Shown: piece by piece, positions 9,773 through 19,671 of the stretch | Layout: the number at the start of each line of letters is the position of its first letter | How positions within the stretch are numbered: the first letter of the stretch is position 1 | Origin: Flavobacterium sp. | Lineage (GTDB): Bacteria; Bacteroidota; Bacteroidia; Flavobacteriales; Flavobacteriaceae | Length of the DNA stretch: 64,000 nt | Assembly (NCBI RefSeq): GCF_003497625.1 | Contig: NZ_DNNO01000031.1 | Strand: one strand, 5' to 3' | The notes under the pieces: model-generated | Seen by the model: the letters and a program-made list of their open reading frames with translations, nothing else | Databases searched by the model: none | Told to the model about the DNA's origin: nothing | Program-made: the position numbers and the translations under genes

Positions 9773-10132
9773 ATGGATAAACATCTTCATACAGGCTTTA
9801 AATTTTTCAATTGCAATTTGCGGTCTTATTGTTGTTTTGTTTTTTTAGGAGTTGCCTGTATCAACAATGCAGTTTTATATTTTATTCTTGAAAAATTTGT
9901 TTCGGATTATTTTAGCTATCATTTAACAGGGTTTCACTATCTAATAATTAATTTTTTTGGGTCGGTAATTAATTTTTTAATTCTTACTATTTATTTTAAA
10001 GAAGTGAGATTTTATCTTGATAACGATTTTGTATGGAGTACTAGTGATGAAGTTAAAAATTTAATTTTTCTAATTTTCTTCAATGTTTTAATGGTTCTTT
10101 CAGGCGGCATAACGGTGTCTCTCTTACAATAA
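9773..10132 (+). CDS. hypothetical small membrane protein (doubtful)
   Basis: ORF with 3-4 hydrophobic segments. It overlaps the 3' end of the convergent kinase gene by 9 nt. No recognisable motif, and it could be spurious in AT-rich DNA. Confidence 0.3.
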   Translation: MDKHLHTGFKFFNCNLRSYCCFVFLGVACINNAVLYFILEKFVSDYFSYHLTGFHYLIINFFGSVINFLILTIYFKEVRFYLDNDFVWSTSDEVKNLIFLIFFNVLMVLSGGITVSLLQ

Positions 10133-13000
10133 ATTAAAAGGTATTTTTAAGACAACTCTAGTGCCCATAACGTTTTGGTTTTCCGTTATTTCTTCAATAC
10201 TTAAATTGTATTTCTCCACTTTTGTTAAAGCATTTAAAATTGCAATTCTATCGTTAATAATTTTGGTTGCTAAAGATACATGATTCTTCTTTTTTACATT
10301 TTTATTATAGTGTAAACCAACACCATTATCTTCAACTCGTATTTCGATAAATTCGTTATTTGTTCTTTTAATTTCAATATTAATGGTTTTGTCATCAATA
10401 TGAGGTAATAAACCGTGTAATAGTGAATTTTCAATGATGGGTTGTAAAAGCATTACAGGAATAGATAAATTATTCAATTGTAGTGAATCGTCAGCTTTAA
10501 AATTAAATTTTATATCTAAATTGTTTTTTAAGGCTTCAATTTCTATGAAGGATTTAAGATATTCAATTTCATCATAAATAGATATATTATCTTTATTAAC
10601 TATGTCTAATGTTTTTCTTATAAATGAAGAAAATTTGGTTAAAAAATGATTTGCACTCATTTCTCCTTCTAAAATATAAAGACTTTGAAAATTATTTAGC
10701 GAATTAAATATAAAATGAGGGCTCATTTGTGCTTTTAGTGCTTTTAATTCTAGTGTGTATAGTTTTAATTTTAAGTTATATTTTCTATTCGTTTTTCTTT
10801 TGTAGTAGAAATAAAACGTCAATAGTGTTAACACAAATATTCCAATAATTAAAATTTTGAATAAGAGGGTTTCCCATACATAAGGTTTTATTTTAAATTG
10901 AATTGTTTTTTCATCATAAGTTATATTGTTGTTTGCAGACGTTAATTTTAATTTTACTGTGTAGTTTCCATATTGTAGACCTCTAAATTGTAGGTTTTTT
11001 TCATTGAAATTATTCCAATCTGATGGTTCACCATTTCTTGAGATTAAATAATGAGTGTTAAAATTAGATTCACTTTGAAGTGAAAAAATCGAGGTTTTTA
11101 ATGCTAAGTCATTTTGAGTTCTTTCAAAAACATTTGGTTTTATTGGTTTTTCTGATTCATCACCATTGATTAAAAACCCATTGAAATCTATTTTTCCCCA
11201 AATTTTGTCACCAGTTATCATTTCTCTATTAAGTACAGAAAAACCATTTAAAGAGGTTATAAAAACCTTTGTAGGAGTACTTTTTAAAGCAACAATTTTT
11301 CCTCCAATTAATCCATTCTTTACGGAATAGGAATTTATTAATTTAAGCAAGTTGTTTTTAATTTTAAACAAATAAAACCCTTTGTTGGAGGCGACAAATA
11401 TTTCTTCAGTATTTGAGTCTGTTTCAATGCAGGATATGTTTTCATTCATTAAAACTTTATCATGTATTTTTAAATTGCTATCGGTTAAAATTAAACCTTC
11501 ATAATTTGTTCCAAAAAGGATATGATGTTTTAATTGATTAATAACATTAGTGGATTTAATAGCGGTATTATGTATAATTGTTTTTTTAAGTTCATTAAAA
11601 CGAAAAACTTCTTCTTCATTTGAAACTAATATGTTGTTTTCATTTGTATAAAATAGAGTGTTAAATCTTAAGGTGTTTGGTCTTTCATAAATTATTTTAC
11701 CATTTTTCTTAATCCTTGTCATATCGACTTGATAAAAGTCTTCGTTGTTGAAAACAGTTGCTCTATTAATAATTGGTAAGAAATTATTTTTAAGTGTTTT
11801 TTCGTCAAAATAATCTAATCCCTCCGTACAAGCAACAACTATTTTGTTTTTATTTTTTAAAATTTTTAGAGGTGTTTTATTTTTATATTTTTTAATTTCA
11901 GTTAAGTACTTTTCTGTTAAATCTATTTTATAGAAATTATTGCTAGAAGTTATAAAATAGAAATTTTCATTGTCAAACAATGAGTGTTTAATTGATGTTC
12001 CCTCTTTTAGTATTTCTTCTTTATTGTAATTGGTAATTAAGTCAAAATTTCTTGGAATAAAAACTAATTTACTATCCCTATATATGAACCAAAAATTTTC
12101 TTGATTGTCAATTACAATATACTTTATATTGTGTATGAGTTTTGTTAATTTCTTTAATTTGCTAGACAATGACAGATTAAAAACGCCTTTTTTATAGACA
12201 AAAACACCTGTCTGATCTTTTAAAATGGTATAGGTGTCATCAGAATCTATATTTAAGAAATGAGTCTTGTTTTTAGAAAAATCTTTATGCAAAATATCAT
12301 TTCCGTTTAGCAAAATAACTTTGTTGTCGATTTCTCTTTCAATAGAATAAGGTTTTTTTAAAGTTCTATCTTCTACAAATGCAGGTGTATTGTAATATAA
12401 GTTTTTACAATATATATAGTTTTTGGGCAGTAATTTTTTCGTGCTTTTATGTAATGAAAAATATCTTTTTTCAAGTCTATCAAAACCAATATATTGATTA
12501 GTTTTAAAAACGAAATCAATAAGGTCATTGTTTTCGTTTTTAAAGAAGAATTTCTTTAATTCCATTTTTGAATTTAAAACAAATGAGTCATTAAGGTAGA
12601 AAATTTTAAAATGAATGTGATTGTTTTTTTCAAATGTAAACGATAAACCGTTAATGTTTTTCGAGTTTTTTATAGATTTTACAGAGTCATTCTCAATGTA
12701 ATAAAGCCCTTTGTGAAATCCTGTAATCCAAATTCTGTTTTTTGAGTCAACATTTAACTTAAAGATGTCATTGTTAGGAAGGCCATCTTTTTTTTGAAAG
12801 ATTTTAAATGAAGTTCCATTATATTTTACAATACCATTTTCTGTTGCAATCCAGATGTATCCCTTTTTGTCTTGAACTGTATTGTATACAATATCAGAAG
12901 GTAAGCCATTTGTTGAGTTTAGTTCTTTAATGGAATTGTAAGTTTGCGATAACAAACAATTAAAATTAAGAAGAAATAGCAGAATTGTTATTATTTTCAT
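10124..13000 (-). CDS. sensor histidine kinase, LytS/YehU type, with periplasmic beta-propeller/Y_Y_Y-like sensor region
   Basis: ORF 10124..13201. The probable start is ATG at 13000 (MKIITILLFLLNFNCLLSQ signal/TM). His_kinase box MSPHFIFNSLNN and HATPase region (IEIRVEDNGVGL) are present. Confidence 0.85.
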   Translation of the reverse strand: MKIITILLFLLNFNCLLSQTYNSIKELNSTNGLPSDIVYNTVQDKKGYIWIATENGIVKYNGTSFKIFQKKDGLPNNDIFKLNVDSKNRIWITGFHKGLYYIENDSVKSIKNSKNINGLSFTFEKNNHIHFKIFYLNDSFVLNSKMELKKFFFKNENNDLIDFVFKTNQYIGFDRLEKRYFSLHKSTKKLLPKNYIYCKNLYYNTPAFVEDRTLKKPYSIEREIDNKVILLNGNDILHKDFSKNKTHFLNIDSDDTYTILKDQTGVFVYKKGVFNLSLSSKLKKLTKLIHNIKYIVIDNQENFWFIYRDSKLVFIPRNFDLITNYNKEEILKEGTSIKHSLFDNENFYFITSSNNFYKIDLTEKYLTEIKKYKNKTPLKILKNKNKIVVACTEGLDYFDEKTLKNNFLPIINRATVFNNEDFYQVDMTRIKKNGKIIYERPNTLRFNTLFYTNENNILVSNEEEVFRFNELKKTIIHNTAIKSTNVINQLKHHILFGTNYEGLILTDSNLKIHDKVLMNENISCIETDSNTEEIFVASNKGFYLFKIKNNLLKLINSYSVKNGLIGGKIVALKSTPTKVFITSLNGFSVLNREMITGDKIWGKIDFNGFLINGDESEKPIKPNVFERTQNDLALKTSIFSLQSESNFNTHYLISRNGEPSDWNNFNEKNLQFRGLQYGNYTVKLKLTSANNNITYDEKTIQFKIKPYVWETLLFKILIIGIFVLTLLTFYFYYKRKTNRKYNLKLKLYTLELKALKAQMSPHFIFNSLNNFQSLYILEGEMSANHFLTKFSSFIRKTLDIVNKDNISIYDEIEYLKSFIEIEALKNNLDIKFNFKADDSLQLNNLSIPVMLLQPIIENSLLHGLLPHIDDKTINIEIKRTNNEFIEIRVEDNGVGLHYNKNVKKKNHVSLATKIINDRIAILNALTKVEKYNLSIEEITENQNVMGTRVVLKIPFNLL

Positions 13001-13045
13001 TATATTGTTCAGTAAATTTGAAACAATATAATAATAAATTTTAGA

Positions 13046-13798
13046 ATGAAAAAGTATACTGCTTTTATTGTTGATGATGAAGATAGAAATATAAATATTA
13101 TAGTTCATTTCATAAATAAGTTTTGCCCTAATATTGAAATTATTGGTACTTCTAATTCTTTTCAAGATTCGATTACTAAAATAGAATTGCTGAAGCCACA
13201 AATTTTATATTTAGATATTCAATTGCATGATAAAACCGCATTTGATATGTTGGATATAATTGATTTTTCCGAATATGAGATTATATTAGTAACTGCTTAT
13301 GACAATTTTGCTGTTAAGGCGTTTAAGTACAATGTGTTAGATTATGTTATGAAGCCAATATCTATCGAAGATATTGTATTGGCTTCTAATAAAGCAATTT
13401 CAAGAATTGAGGACAAAGAAGTTTTTGATAATGAAAAGTTTGAACTGAAATCTAATCATACTCCTGAAACTTCAAGTATTGTTACCATATCATCTATTGA
13501 TAAAATTGATATTATTAAAAAAGGTGACATATTGTTTTGTAAATCAGATGGTAGGTATACTACTTTTTATTTAAAAAATGGTGAAGAGTGCGTTGCGTGT
13601 AAAAATATTGGCGAGTATGAAAATTTATTGACGGATAATTGTTTTTTTAGAATTCATCAATCATACATCATTAACTTAGATTTTGTTGTTAGTATAAACA
13701 AGAAATCAGGTCATTATTGCGAAATGACTAATGGAGCGAGATTACCAATATCAAAAAGAAGAATTGAAGAATTTAATAAGTATTTAAAAATTAAATAA
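13046..13798 (+). CDS. LytR/AlgR-family response regulator (receiver + LytTR DNA-binding domain)
   Basis: Receiver motifs FIVDDE, LYLDIQL and MKPIS, plus LytTR motif FFRIHQSYIINLDFV. It is divergent from the kinase gene with a 45-bp spacer. Confidence 0.9.
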   Translation: MKKYTAFIVDDEDRNINIIVHFINKFCPNIEIIGTSNSFQDSITKIELLKPQILYLDIQLHDKTAFDMLDIIDFSEYEIILVTAYDNFAVKAFKYNVLDYVMKPISIEDIVLASNKAISRIEDKEVFDNEKFELKSNHTPETSSIVTISSIDKIDIIKKGDILFCKSDGRYTTFYLKNGEECVACKNIGEYENLLTDNCFFRIHQSYIINLDFVVSINKKSGHYCEMTNGARLPISKRRIEEFNKYLKIK

Positions 13799-13887
13799 AA
13801 CGAATATTACATAAGATTAACCGAAGTTTACTTTTGAATTTTTCATGTAACGGTATGAATTATATTTAGCGATATATTCCTGTAGTT

Positions 13888-14229
13888 ATGAAAGAAATTC
13901 TAATTTTTGATTTGTCTAGTATTCATTCAAGAGCACTAAAATACAACTTGAATAAGAATTTTAATGTTCAAGTTATTTCTAATTTGAAGAGATATGAAGT
14001 TGAAAGATTTGATGATTTTCATGCGATATTAATTATTTTGAATAATTGGTCTGAAACTAAATATATTAATATTTTTAGAAAAAAATCTAAAAATATTATA
14101 ATTGCCTTTGATGAGAAAATTAATGATTGTTACAAAATAAAACTGTCAAGTCACACTATTAATTTAAGTATGAGTGTTAGTAAGTACGATTTTGTAAAAG
14201 ATGTAAAGAAAGTTTTAAAAAACCTATAA
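13888..14229 (+). CDS. small hypothetical protein (113 aa), degenerate receiver-like
   Basis: Starts MKEILIFDLSS. Size and hydrophobic periodicity resemble ORF 1796..2116. It lacks an obvious phospho-acceptor Asp. Confidence 0.45.
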   Translation: MKEILIFDLSSIHSRALKYNLNKNFNVQVISNLKRYEVERFDDFHAILIILNNWSETKYINIFRKKSKNIIIAFDEKINDCYKIKLSSHTINLSMSVSKYDFVKDVKKVLKNL

Positions 14230-14234
14230 TTTTT

Positions 14235-14342
14235 GGCAATGTTTCAGATTTAGTGATGCATGTTTTTGCGTATTTGACAAACTTATAATCAATAAAATTC
14301 AAAAATAATTGTAAAAAATTAGCTGTGTAGCTCATCTTTTTT
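14235..14342 (+). mobile_element. solo copy of the IS1-family left-end unit (IRL-like sequence plus ~85 bp)
   Basis: ggcaatgtttcagatttagtgatg... aligns over ~108 bp with the left end of the IS1-family element at 34606..34717. No transposase gene is attached. Confidence 0.6.
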
Positions 14343-14523
14343 CTACAGTAATAGGTCTTTTGCATTTTTATTTATTTGCCAAATATTAAAATAACATCTC
14401 AGTAAAAACAATTGGTTGAGTTGGTAGAGATACCTGGTTTGAAAATCAGTAATTTACTCTTTTAATATTTTTTAAAATCGTTCAATATTAGTTTAGTTTT
14501 TTAAGTAAAAGATTAGAAAAGCA

Positions 14524-14554
14524 TTTGGTTGCCCAAAAAAAAGTTTTATATTTG
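14524..14554 (+). promoter_or_regulatory. candidate Bacteroidota sigma-A promoter (-33 TTTG, 19-nt spacer, -7 TATATTTG)
   Basis: TTTG at 14524-14527 and TAtaTTTG at 14547-14554. This fits the published Bacteroides/Flavobacterium consensus TTTG-N19-TAnnTTTG. It lies ~100 nt upstream of the rhs operon start. Confidence 0.5.
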
Positions 14555-14570
14555 CGCTGTAATTTATTAC

Positions 14571-14629
14571 AAAAAGCCCATACATTTTTTTGATTATTTG
14601 ATAGTCAAACTTAATTGTATGGGTTTTTT
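14571..14629 (+). promoter_or_regulatory. terminator-like hairpin in the leader of the rhs operon
   Basis: aaaaagcccataca (14571-14584) pairs with tgtatgggttttt (14616-14628). The loop is ~31 nt and a T-run follows. It sits between the candidate promoter and ATG 14658. Confidence 0.4.
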
Positions 14630-14657
14630 ATTTTGATAAACTAATTTATTTTTTTAA

Positions 14658-16286
14658 ATGAAACACCACTTATTTTTAGTAATCGGATTGTTTTCGATTA
14701 CTCATTTGGTTGCCCAAGACATTCTTTGGGAACGCTCCTATGGAGGAAAACATGCAGAGTATTTGTACGATGCCATTCCGACAGCTGATTATGGTTTCAT
14801 ATTGGCTGGAAGTTCCATTTCTAATAAAAATGGAAATAAATCCGAAGCAAATAAAGGCGATTTAGATTACTGGATTTGGAAAATGGATGAAAAAGGAACT
14901 CCAGAATGGCAAAAAAGCTTTGGAGGAACTGGAGTTGATATTTTATTCAGTGTGAAAAACACCAACGATGGTGGGTTTATATTAGCAGGAACATCTTCTT
15001 CTAATAAAAGTGAAGACAAAAAAGACGATAGTAAAGGACAAGAGGATTTTTGGATTATAAAATTAGATGCTAAAGGAAAAGAATTATGGCAAAGAACTAT
15101 TGGAGGAACTAGCCAAGAAAAACTTTTAAGCATTACTCAAACAAAAGATGGTGGCTATATTTTAGGTGGCTCTTCAAGTTCAAACAAAACGGTTGCTGAT
15201 AACAAAGGAAAGTTAGATGAATTTGGTAAATCTGAAAACGCAAAAGGTAATTTAGATTATTGGATAGTAAAGTTGGATAGTGAAGGGAAGAAAGAATGGG
15301 ATAAAACATTAGGCGGAAGATATTATGATGAATTAAAAAGTATTGAACAAACTCAAGACGAAGGTTTTATAATTGGAGGCTATTCTAATTCGCCAATTTC
15401 AGGAGATAAAACAGAGGCTAATATTGGACAAGGAGATTATTGGGTAATTAAGTTAAACCAAGATGGTTTAATCCAATGGCAAAGAACTCTTGGAGGCGAT
15501 AAAGACGATAATTTATTCTCTTTAACCCAAACTAAGGATAATGGATTCATTGTAGGAGGAAGTTCAAATTCGGGCGCTACAGATGCTAAATCAGAAACGA
15601 GTAAAAATGGTTCTGACTTTTGGATTTTAAAGTTAGACGAAATTGGAAACGTGCAATGGCAAGAAACCTATGACTATGGTAAATATGACATGTTATCATC
15701 TATTGTTGAAAATGCTGACGGAACGTTTTTAATTGGAGGTTATGCACAATCAGAGTCTAAATCAAAGTCAACAAATACCAAAGGTTTAAAAACCACCAAA
15801 AAAGATGAAGAAGGCATCAATGATTACATTGCTTTAAAAATTAAAGCTAATGGAGACGAAATTTGGACACAAACAATAGGAAGTAATGGAGACGAAGTGC
15901 TGAAGAAACTTTTTGAAATGCGAGATGGTGGTTATTTACTAGCAGGAACATCAAATGGTGCAATATCAAGAGACAAAAACTCCATGAAAGGTGGTAACGA
16001 TTTTTGGATTGTGAAGTTAAAAGACAAAGACAAAAAAGACAACGAAAAACAAAATATTGAAGCCATTCCAAATCCAGCTTTGTCATACACTAATGCTATT
16101 ATTGGTTACGAATACAAAGACGGAACAGTAACTCTTTATGATTTAAACGGAAGAAGTTTACAAACCATTAAAGTTGAAGGAGAGCGAACCGTTCCAGTTA
16201 ATTTAAGTGGATTGCCTCAAGGGGTTTATATCATAGAGGTGAAAACAGATGTTAGTAAAGATGGGGTTAAAGTAATTAAGAAGTAA
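14658..16286 (+). CDS. T9SS-CTD secreted repeat protein (about 8 beta-propeller-like repeats)
   Basis: Signal peptide present. Repeated unit is W(Q/E)(K/R)(T/S)xGGxxxDxxxS(V/I)xxTxDGG(F/Y)I(L/I)(A/G)GxSxS...D(Y/F)WI(V/I)KLD. The C-terminal T9SS CTD reads TLYDLNGRSLQT...GVYIIEVKTD. Confidence 0.85.
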   Translation: MKHHLFLVIGLFSITHLVAQDILWERSYGGKHAEYLYDAIPTADYGFILAGSSISNKNGNKSEANKGDLDYWIWKMDEKGTPEWQKSFGGTGVDILFSVKNTNDGGFILAGTSSSNKSEDKKDDSKGQEDFWIIKLDAKGKELWQRTIGGTSQEKLLSITQTKDGGYILGGSSSSNKTVADNKGKLDEFGKSENAKGNLDYWIVKLDSEGKKEWDKTLGGRYYDELKSIEQTQDEGFIIGGYSNSPISGDKTEANIGQGDYWVIKLNQDGLIQWQRTLGGDKDDNLFSLTQTKDNGFIVGGSSNSGATDAKSETSKNGSDFWILKLDEIGNVQWQETYDYGKYDMLSSIVENADGTFLIGGYAQSESKSKSTNTKGLKTTKKDEEGINDYIALKIKANGDEIWTQTIGSNGDEVLKKLFEMRDGGYLLAGTSNGAISRDKNSMKGGNDFWIVKLKDKDKKDNEKQNIEAIPNPALSYTNAIIGYEYKDGTVTLYDLNGRSLQTIKVEGERTVPVNLSGLPQGVYIIEVKTDVSKDGVKVIKK

Positions 16287-16299
16287 GAAAGCAATAGAA

Positions 16300-19200
16300 A
16301 TGAAAATAAATTTTAAAATAGCAATATCATCAGTATTGATTGGTATAAGTACAATTACTTATGCACAAGAATTGCCACAAGTAGTTCCGCCAAGTCCAGA
16401 AGCTTCTGCATTGTTTAAATTTAATGAGATTCCTGTGTCTTTAAATAATGGATTACACAACACAACGATTCCTTTGCTGGATATAAGTGCTGGGGGTTTA
16501 AATTTACCGATTTCATTAAGTTATCATTCTAGAGGTGTTCAAGTCAATGAGATTGCATCTAGAGTTGGAACAGGATGGGCTTTGAGCTATGGAGGTATGA
16601 TTTCTAGGCAAATAAGAAGTAAGGCAGATGATATAGATTGGGGATATAATGGTTCCATGTCTTCATATTATTCAGATCCTAATGTTAGAGAATATCAATC
16701 GGAATTAACTCAAGGAAGAGATGGGCAACAGTATTATGATTATTATCCAGATAAATACATGATAAATACCAACTTTTTTAGTGGTGAATTTTATTTTGAT
16801 AAAAATACGAGTACATTTTTAACTCAAAAGTTTAGTGATATTAAAATTGTCCCTCAGCATGATGGTAATAGAATAGTTGGCTTTCAGGTTACTGATAATC
16901 AAGGAAATAATTATTATTTTGGAAATTTAGTTTATCCTACTTCTTTTTCAAATGAATATGAATGGGTTGAAACCACATATACATATAATAATAGTGGCTT
17001 AGAAAGTTCCATCGGGAATAATAATAGTATTGCATACAGTTCGTGGTTTTTAAAGAAAATTATTACCAACACAAATGAAGTGATTGAATTTATGTATGAA
17101 GATGAAATAACATCTTACATTAGAAGAGGTGGAGATACAGATCAATATACTGAAACAATAACTTCTTCAACATTACAAAATGGTTCAACATATGATGTTG
17201 TTCATCCTGTAACCTGTCATTTTTCAAAAATTCAATCCCATCAAAAAAGATTAGCTGAAATTCACTATAGTGGAGGTAAAGTTAAATTTAAATCAGAAAG
17301 CTCAAGACTAGATCTTCAAGGAGGGTATAGTTTAGATAAGATTCAATTATTTAATAATACTAAATTAGTAAAGGAAATTAAACTTAATTACTTTTATACC
17401 ACTTATACTGGTAATGATAATATTAACAGCAACAGTGTGCTTTTAAATGATTCGTTAGCAAGAAAACGATTGTTTTTAGAGTCAGTTCAATTCAAAGACA
17501 GTTTAGGGTCTAATATCGAGAAAAGTTATCAATTTGAATATAATGATCAGGTATTGCCAAGCAGACATTCTAATTCGGTTGATTTTTGGGGCTATTATAA
17601 TGGAAAAAACAGAGGTAATTTCATAAATTGGGGGAATACCAATTACGATGATGCAGTTGTAGACCCAATAAAAGTTCAAGCTGGATTATTGAAAAAAATT
17701 ATTTATCCAACTGGTGGTTACACCACTTTTGAATACGAACCTAATATTGTTTTAAACGAACTACCTATAACTTCTAATGTAATTCAAGATGTATCAATTA
17801 CAGCTCACGCATTTAGTTATGTAATTCCCAATACAAACCCTGTTATTAATAAAAATGAAATACTATCTTACATAGATCCTGCCCGTTATAATCATTCTAC
17901 AGGGAAATATGAGGTTTCAATAATTGTATCACCATATGCAAAAGGTCCATATTTAATAAATATTTCACAATGTAATTTTAACTTTACTTGTCAATTGATA
18001 AATAATGATTCTGGGCAAAATTATTATTTTGGAAGTAATTCAGGATTAATTAGTATTCCTACAATTCTGCCAGGCTCTTATACATTTGTTTTTGATCCAA
18101 GTGATCGTGATTGGAATCCATATGCAAATGGTGATTTAGAAAATACTTTGGCTCATTTGTTTATTGCTTCAATGCAATGGAAAGAGATAGTTGATGGGGA
18201 TAAGATTTATGCACCGGGTAACAGAATAAAAAAAATCAACAATTTTACCGCTGAGTCTGTTATTGAATTTTCAAAATTATATTCTTATGTAAATGAGTCT
18301 AATAATTCTCCAAATGGCGTATTATTCAGTACTTCAAATTTTAGAATAATAAAATATATGGTTGGACAATTCCCAATTTATGATAAAGGGGATTATCAAT
18401 TGGGAGGTGTTTTTAGTTCATACTCTAAAGATAATTTTTCTTACCATACAGTGAATGAATATTTTTTGGATAGTGATAATAATAGTAAAGATAAAATTAC
18501 AAATAGATATAGTTTTTTTAAAGACTTAGGTAATTATTATAGATATCCTTATCATCCAATTTCTGATAATGATTGGTTAAGGGGGTTAGAATTATCAAAA
18601 ATATTTTATAAAAAAGAAAATGGAATATTTAAAAAGGTTAAAGAGATTAACAATGATTATTTGTTAAATAATTCGATTTCAATTACTTTATCAGGATCAG
18701 ATTTTATTGGAGAAATGTATACGCATGGTATAGAAATTGAAAAGCCTCTACTGGAAAATTTTTCACCTTTTCCATACACTAGAAACAGAACACAGTTTTC
18801 TTATCCAATATCTACAGGTTTTAATTTAAATCATTATGTTTATAATTCAACATTAGTTATAGGCTACAGAACTTTTTTCTTTACAGGAGGTACATTAGAT
18901 TTACATGAAACCAAAGTAACAGAATATTTTGATAATGGTCAAGAAATGGAAACGGTAACTATTTATGGGTATGATTATAACAATCATTACAATGTAGCTA
19001 ACGTATCAACTACAAATTCTTTTGGTGAAACATCTGAAACGAAATACCAATATGCTAAAAATATTTCAAATGCAGTTAACGACACTTTAGTTGCTAAAAA
19101 CATGGTAGCTATTCCACTAATGACGGAAACTTTCAAAAATGGAGAAAAATTAGCTACAATTCAAACACAATATAAGAACTGGAATAATACTTTATTGGCT

Positions 19201-19659
19201 CCAGAATTTATAAAAGCATCAAAAGGTACTGAACCATTAGAAACACGTATTGTTTACAATGAAGTTGATCCTTCAAATGGTAATCCTTTAGAAGTACAAC
19301 AAGAAGGAGGCATTCACATTTGTTACATCTGGGGTTATAATAAAACGCAACCAGTAGCTAAATTGGAGAATATTGCATATAGTTCTATTCCTCCAAGCCG
19401 TATTCAAGCAATAGAAACCGCTAATGATGAAGCTAGTTTAATAACGGCTTTAAATGACCTTCGTAATGACACAGCATTATCAAATGCTATGATAACTACT
19501 TATACTTACAAACCTTTAGTTGGAGTCTCATCTGTAACCGACCCTAAAGGAGACAAACAAACCTATCATTACGACGGTTTTGGAAGATTACAGTTTGTAA
19601 AAGATGCTCAGGGTAATATTGTAAGTGAATCAAAATATCATTACAGAACACAAAACTAA
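16300..19659 (+). CDS. large secreted protein with SpvB/TcB-like N-terminal region and C-terminal YD repeats
   Basis: Signal peptide present. N-terminus (PPSPEASALFKF..IPVSLNNGLHNTTIPLLDISAGGLNLPISLSYHSRG...GTGWAL) resembles the SpvB/TcB N-terminal pattern. C-terminus has a YD repeat (DPKGDKQTYHYDGFGRL). The next gene starts 13 nt after the stop. Confidence 0.75.
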   Translation: MKINFKIAISSVLIGISTITYAQELPQVVPPSPEASALFKFNEIPVSLNNGLHNTTIPLLDISAGGLNLPISLSYHSRGVQVNEIASRVGTGWALSYGGMISRQIRSKADDIDWGYNGSMSSYYSDPNVREYQSELTQGRDGQQYYDYYPDKYMINTNFFSGEFYFDKNTSTFLTQKFSDIKIVPQHDGNRIVGFQVTDNQGNNYYFGNLVYPTSFSNEYEWVETTYTYNNSGLESSIGNNNSIAYSSWFLKKIITNTNEVIEFMYEDEITSYIRRGGDTDQYTETITSSTLQNGSTYDVVHPVTCHFSKIQSHQKRLAEIHYSGGKVKFKSESSRLDLQGGYSLDKIQLFNNTKLVKEIKLNYFYTTYTGNDNINSNSVLLNDSLARKRLFLESVQFKDSLGSNIEKSYQFEYNDQVLPSRHSNSVDFWGYYNGKNRGNFINWGNTNYDDAVVDPIKVQAGLLKKIIYPTGGYTTFEYEPNIVLNELPITSNVIQDVSITAHAFSYVIPNTNPVINKNEILSYIDPARYNHSTGKYEVSIIVSPYAKGPYLINISQCNFNFTCQLINNDSGQNYYFGSNSGLISIPTILPGSYTFVFDPSDRDWNPYANGDLENTLAHLFIASMQWKEIVDGDKIYAPGNRIKKINNFTAESVIEFSKLYSYVNESNNSPNGVLFSTSNFRIIKYMVGQFPIYDKGDYQLGGVFSSYSKDNFSYHTVNEYFLDSDNNSKDKITNRYSFFKDLGNYYRYPYHPISDNDWLRGLELSKIFYKKENGIFKKVKEINNDYLLNNSISITLSGSDFIGEMYTHGIEIEKPLLENFSPFPYTRNRTQFSYPISTGFNLNHYVYNSTLVIGYRTFFFTGGTLDLHETKVTEYFDNGQEMETVTIYGYDYNNHYNVANVSTTNSFGETSETKYQYAKNISNAVNDTLVAKNMVAIPLMTETFKNGEKLATIQTQYKNWNNTLLAPEFIKASKGTEPLETRIVYNEVDPSNGNPLEVQQEGGIHICYIWGYNKTQPVAKLENIAYSSIPPSRIQAIETANDEASLITALNDLRNDTALSNAMITTYTYKPLVGVSSVTDPKGDKQTYHYDGFGRLQFVKDAQGNIVSESKYHYRTQN

Positions 19660-19671
19660 AGCAAGAGTAAC

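Noticed and set aside
13001-13201. Extended N-terminus of the histidine kinase ORF (track start 13201)
   Set aside because: The extension overlaps the divergent response-regulator gene and encodes low-complexity I/N/Y-rich sequence. ATG 13000 gives a normal signal/TM peptide.
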